Below are positions 45,438-60,440 of a DNA stretch of 64,000 nt, in pieces; positions within the stretch are counted from its first letter, which is position 1; the number at the start of each line of letters is the position of its first letter. A program made the position numbers and the translations under genes. The stretch covers positions 49,352,001 through 49,416,000 of the forward strand of contig OZ024751.1 in NCBI GenBank assembly GCA_964016885.1. The letters run 5' to 3'. The notes under the pieces are model-generated. The model was not told where the DNA came from, did no database searches, and saw only the letters and a list, made by a program, of their open reading frames with translations. Source of the stretch: Eledone cirrhosa (lineage: Eukaryota).

Positions 45438-45696
45438 TGTGAGAGAGAGAAAACAAATTAAGGCAGGGCAAAAAGAGAGATAAAAAATGGAACAATACAG
45501 ATTTGAACATGCGCCTCATTTGTTATTATGTGTTTGTGTGTGTATACAAGCAAAGTTGTAGTAAACCACGTAAAGATTGTTTAAGTGCACCATAAACAAT
45601 TAATCGTGTGGGGTGGGGCTAACCCAACGTGGTAATTCACGAAGCCAACAACAACACTCAACGCTGTAACTAAATGGTTTTACTGAGAGAATGTGT

Positions 45697-46176
45697 GTGT
45701 GTGTGACAGCTCACACCTATGCAGGTTTAGCTGGCCTCCTCCAAGGTATATCTCGTTGGAGGTGTCTTGGGTAATTTAATGATAGGGACCCCAGTCATAT
45801 CATCTACATTTCTACAGCTGAGTAAACTGGAGCAACGGGAAATAAAGTGTCTTACTCAAGGAAACAACACATCACCCGGTCCGAGAATTGAACTCACAAT
45901 CTTTCGATTGCAAGCCCAATGTTCTAACCACTAAGCCATGCGCCTTCACTATGACAGAATGGTTTTTAAATGTCGCTGAATGATGGAAAAGTGTCCCTGA
46001 ATCAAGTCACCTACAGTAAAATTTGAGATTACATAAACTATATATATAAGGCATGTTTTCTAGGTATCTCTTGATACCAAATATAAATGAAAGTTTTATA
46101 AATAGCATACTTTTCATATGTTACATACATTTATATTTCATACTATACAATATAACATTGCATTGATACGTTATAA
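45697..46176 (-). repeat. Inverted paralog of 26427-26881, including SINE B head (45807-45948)
   Basis: Reverse-complement match. Confidence 0.8.
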
Positions 46177-46254
46177 TATGTATATTATATCATTATCTAT
46201 AACCATACTTATGACCATACATACACATATATTTATTTAGCCCCCCCCCCCCCC

Positions 46255-46285
<31 letters not shown>

Positions 46286-46682
46286 TTGTACACACATTTC
46301 TTCACTGAATCTATGATTCTATGTATTATGCTTGCACAGGAACACTCTCTGCGGGATAGTCACGATGCGATATGATGCGCTTTTGTTTTTCTTCTTCCAA
46401 TGAATATATTTTGGAAGAAATCTATTCATTGTATTCTGAGTTTGTTTTCTATTCCATTTCCAGTGAAATTCCCATGCATTGAACCACCAAAACTGATAGA
46501 GAAAGACCAGAATATTCCCAAATCTCTATTCCCTAATCTCCCCAATGTTATGCTTTGTCTTAAAGAATATGAAAGCCGAGTGATTAAGTGTGCAAATGAT
46601 CCTTGTTTTGTTTTCTGTTTTGTTATCGAAATACAAATCTTCTTACACAACACATTACATATGTAAATAATTATATATATGT

Positions 46683-46804
<122 letters not shown>

Positions 46805-48375
46805 CATTTATGTTCTGCTGTTTACCAATGTGTAGAACTGGCGATTACGGTTAATAAGCGACGATGTAATAATTTAAAGAACCCGACACTATACACCTAT
46901 ACACATCATCTAACGCAAATATGGTATCCTGTGGCTGGCGCAGGAACGGAGTTAAATATTCATTAAAAACATGAGAATCACGTGTTGATTTTAGTATTGG
47001 TTATATAAGATAAGAAGACATAATTATTGCGAAAGACAAGCAGACAATAAAAAATAGAGGATAGATTTGTTTCGGGGATGGCTTGCCGGTTCGGTCTTAT
47101 TTAACAGCAAACTATCCTCTGGTGTCACAGAGGCATCTATGAGCATTGATGCCTGTGTGATATTCGGCCGAGGTTTGCCTTTACAATAAAACCGAATATG
47201 GCATGCCATCCCCGATCCACATATATCTTCTAATCTCTGTTTGTTTTTGCTGTAATCCTGTTATCTTATATAACTAATTCTGCAATAAACGCCTGATAAA
47301 ATCGCCTTAATCTTGCTTCACGACAAGGTGACGAAACTGGGCCATTGAAATATGTATAGTGAGTGAAAAGTTGTGATAAGTGGCCGTTTAATTTGAGAAC
47401 CGAACAGATACTGCTGTGGAGTCCAGCTTCTGATAACGGGCTTTCAGATAACTATCGTCTACTCTTCTGAATGCATTTAACTGATTAAAATTGACAGTGT
47501 ATCTTATGTAATTATGAGGTTGCCATGCATAGATCTGTCAAGGATCGCCTGCGTGTCGACGAAACCAAAATCCCTCAAGTGCTTATCCTGAAATGATAAT
47601 GCTCCCTGGTAGCACGCTCATGCCAAAGAGAATGTCTATAGAATTCCCAGGCTCCGGTACAAACTTCCTCTGAAACAGAAAGGGCAGTTATATTCTGTCG
47701 AAGCCTAAAACCTCCCCGAGAGCGACATCGTTCTTCCGTGCCACCAGTCTTCTGTAAGATGCTAACGTGGAATAAAACATATTAATGAAAACATATTAAC
47801 AATGAATCAAACAATAGCAAATATTATTGAGATTAAACAAACAAGCTTGAAGATTAGATACAGTTTTTGTTGTTGTTTTAGCGAACTAGGGATAAGCAAG
47901 AGGCAGAGAAAAAGATAGAACGATAGACGAAAAGAGCAGAAAAGTGATGGGGAGAGAGGTATAATTTAGAGGTAAAAGGAGGGACAAAGATACAACGGGG
48001 CAAAGATGTAAAAAGTGAGGGAGGGAGACATAGAGATTAAGATACAGAGAGAAAGAGAGATTAACATATGTGAGAGATTAACATATGTGCTACCACTTCG
48101 TCAGTCTCAGATCCTCCTCTCAAAGCCGTATTTTTATATTTTGGAAAGGAGGTTTGCTGGAGAGTAGGGTGCAAGAGTGGTGTTTCTCGGCTTAATTACT
48201 GACTAATTAGTAAAGCAAATATTAATTAGACCTTTCAAGCTTGTCACTTTGTGAGGGGAAACTATAATTGTTGAGAGATTTAATCAAACAAAATTTTGCT
48301 TGACAACCTAGTTCTTAAGAATTATTTTTAAATAACAAATAAAAAATTCTGCATCATTACTAGAACTATGAAAAT

Positions 48376-48446
48376 TCTTCTTCTTCTTCTTCTTCTTCTT
48401 CTTCTTCTTCTTCTTCTTCTTCTTCTTCTTCTTCTTCTTCTTCTTC
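48376..48446. repeat. (CTT)n microsatellite
   Basis: Directly visible. Confidence 0.95.
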
Positions 48447-48866
48447 ATTTTATTACTGTTGTTCCTTTTGTTATATCTGTTGGTGTTGATGAAAATGAAA
48501 ATGATAGCATCTGCTGTAGTATCTGTCAAATCTTGAAATATACTTCTTGTTTTCCTTGAAATACCAACTATATTTTTAAGGTAACCACTAAACCACTGTA
48601 TATCATAAAAAATTACGTTTTAGTGGAGTTAACATGGCATCCATATCAGACATACATATGTTATGTATGTCTGATCAAGGACTAGTGTCCGATACGTTAA
48701 GATCATCACACTGCTATTTCAAGAGTTACTCTTTCACCGAAAGTGATTTTTCATTGCATCTCTTCTTTCCATGATATCCGGATTACATTGAGTTCTTCAT
48801 ACGGATTGGACACTACCGTAAACTCTTGGTAGATTTATCTACATATATATATATATATATATATAT

Positions 48867-48909
<43 letters not shown>

Positions 48910-48934
48910 CATATATATATAGATAGATAGATAT

Positions 48935-49140
48935 CTTTCTTTATTTGCCACAGGGGCGTACAAAAATGGGACATTACAAGACGTGACGGTGGGGGTTTTA
49001 CATAAAAATAACTTTATCATTAATAACTAACAATAAACTATATATAATAAAATAACAATTGAAATCCCTATAGGGGGGAACATTACTGCAGGGTTGTTTT
49101 ACACCCCGTGGATAGAACAACCCTCAACAGCATGAACCGT
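48935..49140 (-). mobile_element. Probable LINE 3'-end remnant
   Basis: Minus strand ends cccctgtggcaaataaagaaa followed by (GATA)n. Resembles the terminus at about 62890-62913 (gccttgtatggctaataaagaaa). Confidence 0.4.
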
Positions 49141-50507
49141 TTTGTAGGTGTTCCTGTCTTTCCTCTGATAAATAGATAGATAGATAGATAGATAATATCA
49201 GTTACTGGTTAATATTGAATTATTATATTCAAAGAATGAAGGTGATTTAAATACTAATATGTTTATGGCGTAGAAACAGATATTTTGCTATTTCGAAACA
49301 GATATTTCTATTTAAGCATGAAATGGTTTTCGACATGTTATGCTCACCGCATGTTGATATACTCGATCCAATCTAAAGGGACAATGGGAACTGCCCAGCC
49401 CGTCATGACTAAAAACAAAAAAAGGAATATCCCAAACCAAAAAAAAAGAATACTACAGGGCATCACGACTCATGTTTTAACAATATCATAAATCTCGAAC
49501 CCTGGACTGGTACTTCATTTATCGACTCCGAAATATGAACAAAAATGACGTCATGATAATCCGGCGAAAGCCTGTTTTTTCAGCCTCTTACTCATAGTTT
49601 AAGCTCTTCTTATATAAATATAATGATATAGGGAGGCATTGGTCTCATAATAAAGATTTCCTGACGCCAGAATAGATTAAAATTACCTGTCTGTACCGTT
49701 AAGCTGCTTCTTAACTAAAATCCCATTCCTTCTCTGAACGATGCGTTTTTACGACAATTTGTCTCTCATCCGCTTAGATTTGTGCTTTTCTCATCTCAAC
49801 CAGTTATTGATACATGACACGACAAAGGATTAACGAATTTCTCAATAACAAGCAAACCAATCCCGCTTAATACTAAGATATAAAATTTAAGATTATACTT
49901 TTTGCTTTATATTTTTTAAACGTTTTTAATTCATTCCGAGTGTATCATGTCATATACATGTTCTCATTTCTCTTTGAATATGCATAAATTTGATAATGCA
50001 AAGATGAGTTGAACACTGGTTAAAAGAAGGGGGGGGGGGATCGTTGCTTACTAACAAACAACAACAAAAACAACATGAATATTTCTAAGCACAAGACCAG
50101 CAATTTGTGGTGAGGGAAATTCAATCATATCGATCAGTTCGATTAAATCTATCCTTTCTTGAACTTTATTTTATTGACCGGAATGATGAAAGCCAAATTT
50201 GAACCTATGGTCCTTTGAACTCAGAAAGTTACTGGCCGCCATCAACACATTTTGTTCGACTCTCTAACGATTCTGCAAAAGACCATCGCGTTACAATTGA
50301 CAAATTACACAGTTTACACTTTAAAAACAGGAAATGGATTGTATATCTCACGGAGAAAGGGAAATATAGACTGCAAATGCAATCTGAGCTAAGCTTGCCT
50401 CCAGTGCACGATTCATCACCATCCACATCATCTATCTCTATATATACACACAAACACATACTCACATGCACACAAACACACACGCACACACACACGTACA
50501 CATACAT

Positions 50508-50625
<118 letters not shown>

Positions 50626-50920
50626 GTGGGCGTCTTTATGCGCATGTATGTATATATGAGTAACTTTATTATTTTCAAATGTACTAAAAGTTGGAAGGAG
50701 AGAGAAAAATAATTTTATCATTATCAGTCGAATATCTTCATGGCATTTGGTTTTATATTTTATCAGATAATTTGTTATACGAGATATAAAGTTTAATACA
50801 AGGTATACCGTAGTATACAAGCAAGGGAAATGCCCTAAGGAGAGAGACAAATTCATTAAACTGTATATGTGCAATATATCCAAACATGTATATTCTCTCT
50901 CCAGCTGAGACGCTTGCACG

Positions 50921-50978
<58 letters not shown>

Positions 50979-51084
50979 CATATATATACATATACTTATA
51001 TGTATAGTTATATATATGTACACATATATACATACACATATTTACATATATATATACATAAATATATTATATATATATATATAC

Positions 51085-51122
<38 letters not shown>

Positions 51123-51550
51123 ACCTGTATATACAAGTCTACTTCTCCATATATATGAAGGTCTATCTGTACCTGAGGACTAGCTTTGGTTTGTCATATT
51201 TCTATAGATATCATTTCGGGTCGATTTTCTAGAGAATAATTATTAAGCCATTGATAAAAAAAGATGATAAAAACGAAAGATGTACAAATCTATACAAAAC
51301 AAAATATGCAGGGTTTGTAGAAACACCATTTTGAACCATTCATAAGTAATTTTTTCTTCATACACGAAAACACAAATCTCTCTCTTTCTCGCTCTTTTTC
51401 TTTCCTTCACTTTTTCTGCTTTTCATCACGTCCTTCGTCTGCTTCCTATATGTACATATATGTTTATATTTCTCTGTGAAGCTATCTACTTGAAATCTTT
51501 CACATCTATCACTCTACTACAAATATATATGTATCTATTTATTTATTTAC

Positions 51551-51598
<48 letters not shown>

Positions 51599-51757
51599 AT
51601 ATCTATCTATCTATCTATCTGTTTGTCTGTCTGTCTGTCTGTCTGCCTGCCTGTCTGTCTGTCTGTCTGTATGTCTGTATGTCTATCTATTTATCTATCT
51701 ATCTATTTATCTATATATCCATCTATCTATCTATTTATCTATCTAGTTATCTGTTTA

Positions 51758-51839
<82 letters not shown>

Positions 51840-52633
51840 CCTCCATATGTATATATATACACACACACACATTTACGTAGTAAATATATACAGGTATGTG
51901 AATGTATATATATAAATATGTGTGCGTGCGTGTGCATGCATGTGTATGCGTGTGTGTGTGCATACAATTGCACTCGCCCACATGTATACGATGACGATGC
52001 TGATGATGATAACGATGATCAAGTACAACAAAAAGACGAAAAACAATAAACAATGAAACAAGAAATAAACTAAACTAAACTAAACTAATCTAAACTAAAA
52101 TAAAATAACATAAATCCTTTTTGCAATTTGAAAAGGTAATTTCTAAAACATTCACTTTCAGATATTCCATTTAACAAACAACTCAATAAATCCCTCGTCC
52201 AATGATGTCTTGATACATTTAGGTAAAAATCTAAATAATCTTTCTTGAAATAGCTCGCGGAAGGTCTATGAGTGTATCTTCTACGCTGAAAGGGAATATT
52301 GAATTGATGTGAATAAGGATGATATAAAAGGAAGAAAGTGAGGTAAATAACAACGATAGACATAAAGAATGATATGGAGAAAAAACAACTATAGAAGAAG
52401 AGAAATATACAGAGGAAACATGTGAGGGAGGGGCACTGGAAGATAAACAGACAGATAGAAGGGATGGGTGGAATTAATATCGAGATTTCGAGAAGTAGAA
52501 GGTAGAAGTCTAAAGAGAAGGAAAAATGAAAGAAAAGAAGTACATCTTTGAATCAATAAAAATAAAATAAAAATTGGTGAGCATAAAGGCAAAAATATAT
52601 ATATATATATACATATATACACACACACATGTG

Positions 52634-52692
<59 letters not shown>

Positions 52693-52869
52693 ATATACAT
52701 ACGTATATACACATATACATACATATATATATATATATATATGTGTGTATATGTATATATGTTTGTATATATATATTTTGCCTTTATGTTCAACTCCTAT
52801 ATTTCTGTTTTCTAACTTTTTTCTTTCTTATTTCATATATATATATATATACGTATGTATACATATATA

Positions 52870-52917
<48 letters not shown>

Positions 52918-52978
52918 AATGTATATGTATATCTATATATACATGTATACATACATTTATATATATATATATATATAA

Positions 52979-53029
<51 letters not shown>

Positions 53030-53437
53030 CATATATATGAAAGAAGAAAGATAAGAAGGTAGAAATATAGATATAGGAATGTATAAGGAGAGTAGGAAGA
53101 AAAGATGGAGGAATGACGTAATAAAAATATTGAAAATGAAAGTGAAACAAGAACTAGAAATGAATGGCGATTATCATGAGAATGGATGTTACTGGAGAGA
53201 AAATGGATATACCTTGCAGTCAAACATATTATATCATTGACTGTTAGAACGGTAACTTGATATCACACAAACATGCTGTAACGATTTCTACAGATTTTGT
53301 TTGTTTATTATCTGCGGCTGTTATATTCTTTATTTGTTTATATAAATACATCATGTGATGTTATTTTTTGTTAAGGATACATATCACTGCTTGAAATGGA
53401 ATCCATTACAACACATTTCAATATCATTTCTGGGATA

Positions 53438-53660
53438 AGGGCGGTGGATAGTCAATATCAATAGAGCGCCGAATACCCTGCTTCGCCGTTTAGTGTTACG
53501 ACTCTTTACTTTCTGATTTCAAATCCTTGCGCGGTTGTATTTGTCTTTCATCCTTACTGGGTCGATAAAATAAAGTACCAGTAATGTACTGGGGTCTATT
53601 TGATCGACTTTCCCCTGCTCCCAAATTGTTGGCCTTATGACTAAATCAGAACCAATACTA
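53438..53660 (+). mobile_element. SINE family A, diverged copy
   Basis: tctttcatccttactgggtcgataaaataaagtaccagtaatgtactgg block. Confidence 0.7.
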
Positions 53661-54019
53661 TTTCAGGGATAAACAGAAACGTGAGAGCGTCGGACAAAAC
53701 AGCTGGCCGCTTATGTTACCATTATTTGCATTCTGATTTTCGAAATATCGATATTTCTCTCTTTCCTGCCATTCCTCAGATTTATCAACAACTTAATCGT
53801 TAATATTTTTCATAGCTATTTTATGAAATATAAAAAAGGATAGAAAAACGAGAAAATATACGAAGAATTTCTGAAAATAAAAATATTAGTACAAATTATA
53901 GCAGATTAGAGGTAGAATTTCAAACAAAATAGAGGTATATATTCGGAAGGAATGTAGCAAACGGTGGTAATAGAAGCATATATGTATATATAGGTATAAA
54001 TATATGGATATATAAATAT

Positions 54020-54051
<32 letters not shown>

Positions 54052-54136
54052 GTATGTGTGAGTATATTGGCATAAGCATCGAGATATTACACCAAATAAA
54101 ATAAATATTTATACGGATCTCACTAAGTCTCTTTAA

Positions 54137-54205
<69 letters not shown>

Positions 54206-54582
54206 GATAGATATATTTATATATATTTATATATATATATATATATATATAATATGCATAAAACATTAGTTTAGTGGGGTCAGATTTCAATATGATTGGT
54301 TTGGTGAAAAAACTAACGAAGTCTACTAATATCAATATTTTTTATATCGTTATTTTGGGCACGTTTGAAGGCTAGACTAAGTGCTTATATAGGTAAATTG
54401 TTATAATAAATGTGCTCAGAATCTAGCCACCAATCTACCTCGAAGCTGTGTATTTTAAGGTTAAGACACTATCAATCACACGTGTATATTCTATAGTGAT
54501 TTTCTCAATTTTCTCTATCTCTCATATATATATATATATATATATACGTATATATATACATATATATATATACGTATATATA

Positions 54583-54631
<49 letters not shown>

Positions 54632-54670
54632 GTGTATATTTATATATATATATATAAATATATATGTGTA

Positions 54671-54746
<76 letters not shown>

Positions 54747-54751
54747 AATAT

Positions 54752-54784
<33 letters not shown>

Positions 54785-54791
54785 CAAATAT

Positions 54792-54873
<82 letters not shown>

Positions 54874-54926
54874 TGAAAAAATGAAAGGAATGTTCATTTC
54901 TCACTCTTATTACGGCTGTTACTTAA

Positions 54927-54958
<32 letters not shown>

Positions 54959-55257
54959 TTGTTTGTTATTTCACTGTCGCGAACTTTGTGCTACATTGTG
55001 ATATTTTTTAATGTTCTTTTATAATAATAGACCTAACTGAATCTCTTAGTATCGCCCCTTTTTTTAAGACGTTATATTCTTTATTTATATATTTTTTAAT
55101 CGTTTTATAGCATATTTTTTTATAAGTTAATACTCTTTCAAACTGTCAGCACTTGACGCTTGTTGTCTTGTTGACATTACAGATATATTGATGTATTGTT
55201 TATTTTACACACCACATACAAACACACACACACACGCACGCACACATATATATATAT

Positions 55258-55290
<33 letters not shown>

Positions 55291-55298
55291 CACATACT

Positions 55299-55350
<52 letters not shown>

Positions 55351-55416
55351 TTCATATATGTATATTTATATTTACGTATATATACATATATATATATATA
55401 TAAATGTATATATATT

Positions 55417-55537
<121 letters not shown>

Positions 55538-55589
55538 CATATATATACATATATATATACATACATATATATACATATATATATACACA

Positions 55590-55628
<39 letters not shown>

Positions 55629-55825
55629 GGGCGTTAGGCATGTGTGTGTAAGTATGTATGTATTGATGTATAGTCTGTCTGTTGTATAAACAAACAATTC
55701 AACAACGTGTGTCATGCGGCATATATATTTGTAGATTAGGAGTTAAAGATTTGGCACCCATTAACAGACAGCTAATATACAAATACATACATACATACGT
55801 GCGTGCATACATACATGCATACATG

Positions 55826-55926
<101 letters not shown>

Positions 55927-55940
55927 AAATATGTATATAA

Positions 55941-55989
<49 letters not shown>

Positions 55990-56114
55990 CACATAGATAT
56001 ATGTTAGGTAATTCCGAAGGAAAAGCAAAGGAAAAAAGAGTGCTCTATGTATAGAATGGAGCTATTTAATTAGAAAGTGAACAACACAAAATATTTTGTG
56101 GTGTTCCCTTTCTA

Positions 56115-56147
<33 letters not shown>

Positions 56148-56151
<4 letters not shown>

Positions 56152-56447
56152 AAAGATTTATTTAAAATTGTTGGGTTACAACGAGTAAATATTTTATAAC
56201 TGATATAAAAGCACTCAACAGTTTTTGGAGTAGGTTTACGACAAAATACAATATATAAGCTGTTTTAAAATCAACTTTTTAAATGGAAGTTGCATTATTC
56301 TAAGGTATGTCAAAATTATTTATAAAACAGCTTATATATTGTATTTTGTCTGAGGAAGGCATACCATATTTTTAATATGATATCCCAGAAATATATATAA
56401 CGAAATAAATATGGTTTTATAAATATAGTTTCCATTTGTTTAATATC
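56148..56447 (+). mobile_element. (TA)n-flanked HHR-bearing PLE pLTR fragment with inverted 5' part
   Basis: 56241-56270 is inverted relative to 56318-56349. 56390-56447 is homologous to 20215-20274. 56148-56222 is inverted relative to 27187-27272. Confidence 0.65.
56342..56407 (+). ncRNA. Type I hammerhead ribozyme
   Basis: Stem I tattttgt/acgaaata; CTGAGGA 56350-56356; stem II gg.ata.catatt/aatatg.tat.cc; GAAA 56388-56391; palindromic tatata; AUA triplet. Confidence 0.7.
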
Positions 56448-56450
56448 GTA

Positions 56451-56481
<31 letters not shown>

Positions 56482-56489
56482 TATTTTTT

Positions 56490-56711
56490 TATTTATTTAT
56501 TAAAATAACAGATTAAAGTTTAGTAAAGAATCACTGCTTTCACCATTAACGGGATCTTCAGAAGATTCCGTTAATGGTGAAAGCAGTGATTATTTACTTA
56601 AACTTTAATCTGTTAATTTAATAAATATTTGCTCTACGTTTCTTATATATTTGATATATATTTATTATTATCGAGCCCTCTTTGGATTTTAGTCTTCAAA
56701 TTTATCATTAT

Positions 56712-56717
<6 letters not shown>
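56490..56717. mobile_element. Fold-back (inverted) PLE-like terminal fragment; relatives at 17514-17582 and 32162-32210
   Basis: 56495-56560 is the reverse complement of 56560-56626. gaagatcccgttaatggtgaaagcag also occurs at 17515. tatcgagccctctttggattttagtcttcaa also occurs at 32163. Confidence 0.6.
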
Positions 56718-56749
<32 letters not shown>

Positions 56750-57117
56750 TATATATATGCAGATAATGTATGTGTGTTTCTGTTTTTGTTTGTCTTTAGA
56801 TTATGTTCCCTTTAAAATTAATCTTGCCTTTGTCTGATGGTCTATAGTTATACGACTATTTCTTTGTTCATTATATCATTTGGAAGAATTGCAATGACCG
56901 AAACTTTGCCTCGTACAGAACTGCCTTCACCAAAACATTTTTCTTTCCACTATAATCTTCCATATTTTTATGAGTCTCTCATAGTGTGTTTTGCATGCAA
57001 CGTTACTTAACTCATGGGAATATATACACTAAACAGGACAGTCAATCGACTTTCGTTAAATCGGTCCGAAGAAACAATGTTTCCGTAGGTGTTTCCAGTT
57101 GCTAATACTATCTACCG

Positions 57118-57247
57118 GTCGCAAGAAGGAACAACATGAAATAAAGTGTCATGCTCAAGTACATCACACATCGTTTGGGGCAGGAATCGAACTCACAACC
57201 GCACGATTCCGAATCCAATTTTCTAACCACTCGGCCACGCACCTTCA
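57118..57247 (-). mobile_element. SINE family B head, diverged
   Basis: tgaaataaagtgtc...gaatcgaactcacaacc...ctaaccactcggccacgcaccttca. Confidence 0.65.
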
Positions 57248-58040
57248 ACGCTAACCAACAAACACATTTCAACCTGGACATCTTGAATAGCATAATACAA
57301 TTTTCATAAACATTTAAGGCCATACTTTTGACTTAATCTGTATATTGTCGAGCAACATTTTTTCTCAAATTTAGTTCTGTATATTTATGTCTCTAGTTTA
57401 AATACCTGTCAGTTTATGTACACCTTACTTCTTTCCCTGATTAATAAAATAACCACAAGATCTTACTAGGCTCGATTTTCTATAAACAACACTGAAATAT
57501 GAAACGAAGTTTCTATGCTAGAAATCAATATTCCGACAATTATATCAGCTAAATTCTCCTGTACTTATTACTGTGGTCATTTGATTGACGCCCGGTTTAT
57601 ATATTATACCTAACCAGCAGTCTTTGATTAAAACATTGGATTTATCTCGCTCCAGCTCCGTATTTCAATTATAGCATTCTCTGTGTTCGTACGAATATAA
57701 ACAAGTCATATTAAACTTTGCGCAAATTATTTGACAAACATTCATTGGGATTTTGTCCAAACTCCTTATTTCCTACCCTAACAACCAGCAGAGTTAACGA
57801 GGTATTCTGTTGTCGTTCATGTTTAAAATGGAGGATTTGCTTTCATATCGTTTCGTTACATTCGTGGAAAATACCCTTTTATCAGCCGCAATATAAAACC
57901 CACGAAATTCAAAGGTCCATGAACGATAAACTATTCTCTCCATCTCCCATTTTCACTTTATATTTGTTCCCTCCTCCATCTCTCTCCTTTTCTCCTCCAC
58001 TATCTCTCACCATCTACGTCTTTCTCTCCGCCCCCCCCCC

Positions 58041-58059
<19 letters not shown>

Positions 58060-58102
<43 letters not shown>

Positions 58103-58380
58103 TGATATATATATATATATATATATCATGATATATATATCATGATATATATATATATATATATATATATATCATGATATATATATATATATATATATAT
58201 CATGATATATATATCATGATATATATATCATGATATATATATCATGATATATATATATATATATATATCATGATATATATATCATGATATATATATCATG
58301 ATATATATATCATGATATATATATATATATATATATATATATCATGATATATATATCATGATATATATATCATGATATAT
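58060..58380. repeat. (TA)n tract periodically interrupted by the palindrome TCATGA
   Basis: More than a dozen atcatgat units separated by variable TA runs. Confidence 0.9.
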
Positions 58381-58465
58381 ACTGAGAGAGTAAAATAGTG
58401 ATACAGAGAGATGCAGCATATATATATATAGATGGATATATATCATGATAATTACTGAGAGAGTA

Positions 58466-58497
<32 letters not shown>

Positions 58498-58518
58498 ATG
58501 TGTGTGTGTATATATATA

Positions 58519-58632
<114 letters not shown>

Positions 58633-58638
58633 CATATA

Positions 58639-58716
<78 letters not shown>

Positions 58717-58727
58717 CATATATATAC

Positions 58728-58791
<64 letters not shown>

Positions 58792-58793
<2 letters not shown>

Positions 58794-59399
58794 TGGCTGC
58801 CAACTCGTTTTCGAGTACGGCCACTACTTTATATCCATGTAGGAGAACCCCTACCGATGCGCTGAACGAGTGTGACTTTTTAGTCCAGCCAGCGACTTGA
58901 AAACTCTGGTACAAACACTACACTTGTGACAATTACTGACACATAGTGCTGGGCCCATGGTACCATGTAACGACAAGTGCAGAGAGATCTCCAGATATAA
59001 AGCAATGCCTGTGCCGTGAAGCTTTTATAGTGAGCAAAGGCACTGCACAAAGCCAGTCCCACTCTCTTAACCAAGATGATATTTACCAAAAAGAAGAACA
59101 AGTCAACATCATTGGATACCATCAGGGTTGCAGGTGTTATATCAGAGTTTTCCTTCTCCTAGAATTCTGCCTTGACAAAGGCTAAGGGGTCATCTCTCCC
59201 GGTGATTTTGGATGGCCATTGACTCTTAAGAGCTCCTTTGCCCTTTGACAGGTTTTGTATTTAGTCCTGCAGGATGTCCAAAGTCACCCTCCTCACCAAG
59301 AAACCTTGGTGGGGTTGCCAGTTTAGTCGCCAACGACCCGACCATGGGACAGGTTGTACTGGGATACATGTTACCAGTAGCACCAACTGGTGACCTGAC

Positions 59400-59402
<3 letters not shown>
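58792..59402. mobile_element. (TA)n-flanked complex-sequence insert, probable LINE UTR or SINE remnant
   Basis: A higher-GC island between TA tracts with no credible ORF; family not identified. Confidence 0.35.
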
Positions 59403-59478
<76 letters not shown>

Positions 59479-60068
59479 CATGCTGCATCTCTCTGCATAA
59501 CTATTTTACTATTTTACTCTCTCGCTATACATCATGATCTCTCGTCTCAGCTAATGTCTCTCTCTCTCTTTGTGTATCTATCTATCTCTCTCTCTCTATT
59601 TCTCTCTCTCCCTATACATATATATATGTGTGTGTGTGTGTGCGCGCGCATGTGTGTGCGCGCGCATGTGTGTATGTGTATGTCTGTGTATGTGTGTGTC
59701 TGTGTGTGTGTGTGTGTGTGAGTGTGTGTGTCTGTGTGTGTGTCTGTGTGTGTGTGAGTGTGTGTGTCTGTGCGTGTGACTGTGTGCGTGTGTGTATGCT
59801 GCATCTCTCTCTATATATATATCATGATATCTCGTCTGAGTTAATCTACTTTTCTCTCTCCTTCTCTTCATATTTCTATCTCTGTTCTTGCTATATTTTG
59901 CCTCTCCCTTCTATTTTCCTTTCCTCTGCGAGTCACCTTTCTCTTTACTCCATTTATCACTCTCTCTATATATTACTATTTATCTCTATTTTCACATTTA
60001 TTCGACATTATTATCTCTCTTTCCGTTCTCTCTCTCTCTATCTATATATCTCTATCTCTCTGTCCGTT

Positions 60069-60100
<32 letters not shown>

Positions 60101-60113
60101 CTATATCTCTTTC

Positions 60114-60177
<64 letters not shown>

Positions 60178-60440
60178 AGCTCATGCTAACTACGAAAAAC
60201 ATGATCTGGCAATATTCCTATAGTGTTGTGGTGCCAAACAGTAAGTTATATAAACACCTACGTGTGGAACGGATCAATGATGTTAATATGGAAATAAGTA
60301 CTGGACATACTTCGAATCAACCCCCCCCCCCCCCCCTCGAGGCATTCATTAAGATTAACAGTCACATTAATCAATGAAACATACACATTGAGATGTCAAA
60401 TCATCTTTGAACGTAAAACCCTTTCGTTTGTCGAGTGGAC

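Noticed and set aside
56520-56600. CTGAAGA-tcccgttaatggt-GAAA as a complete hammerhead (also 17514-17545)
   Set aside because: The core and a short stem II are present, but I cannot form a convincing stem III, NUH site or stem I. It is possibly a truncated or degenerate HHR.
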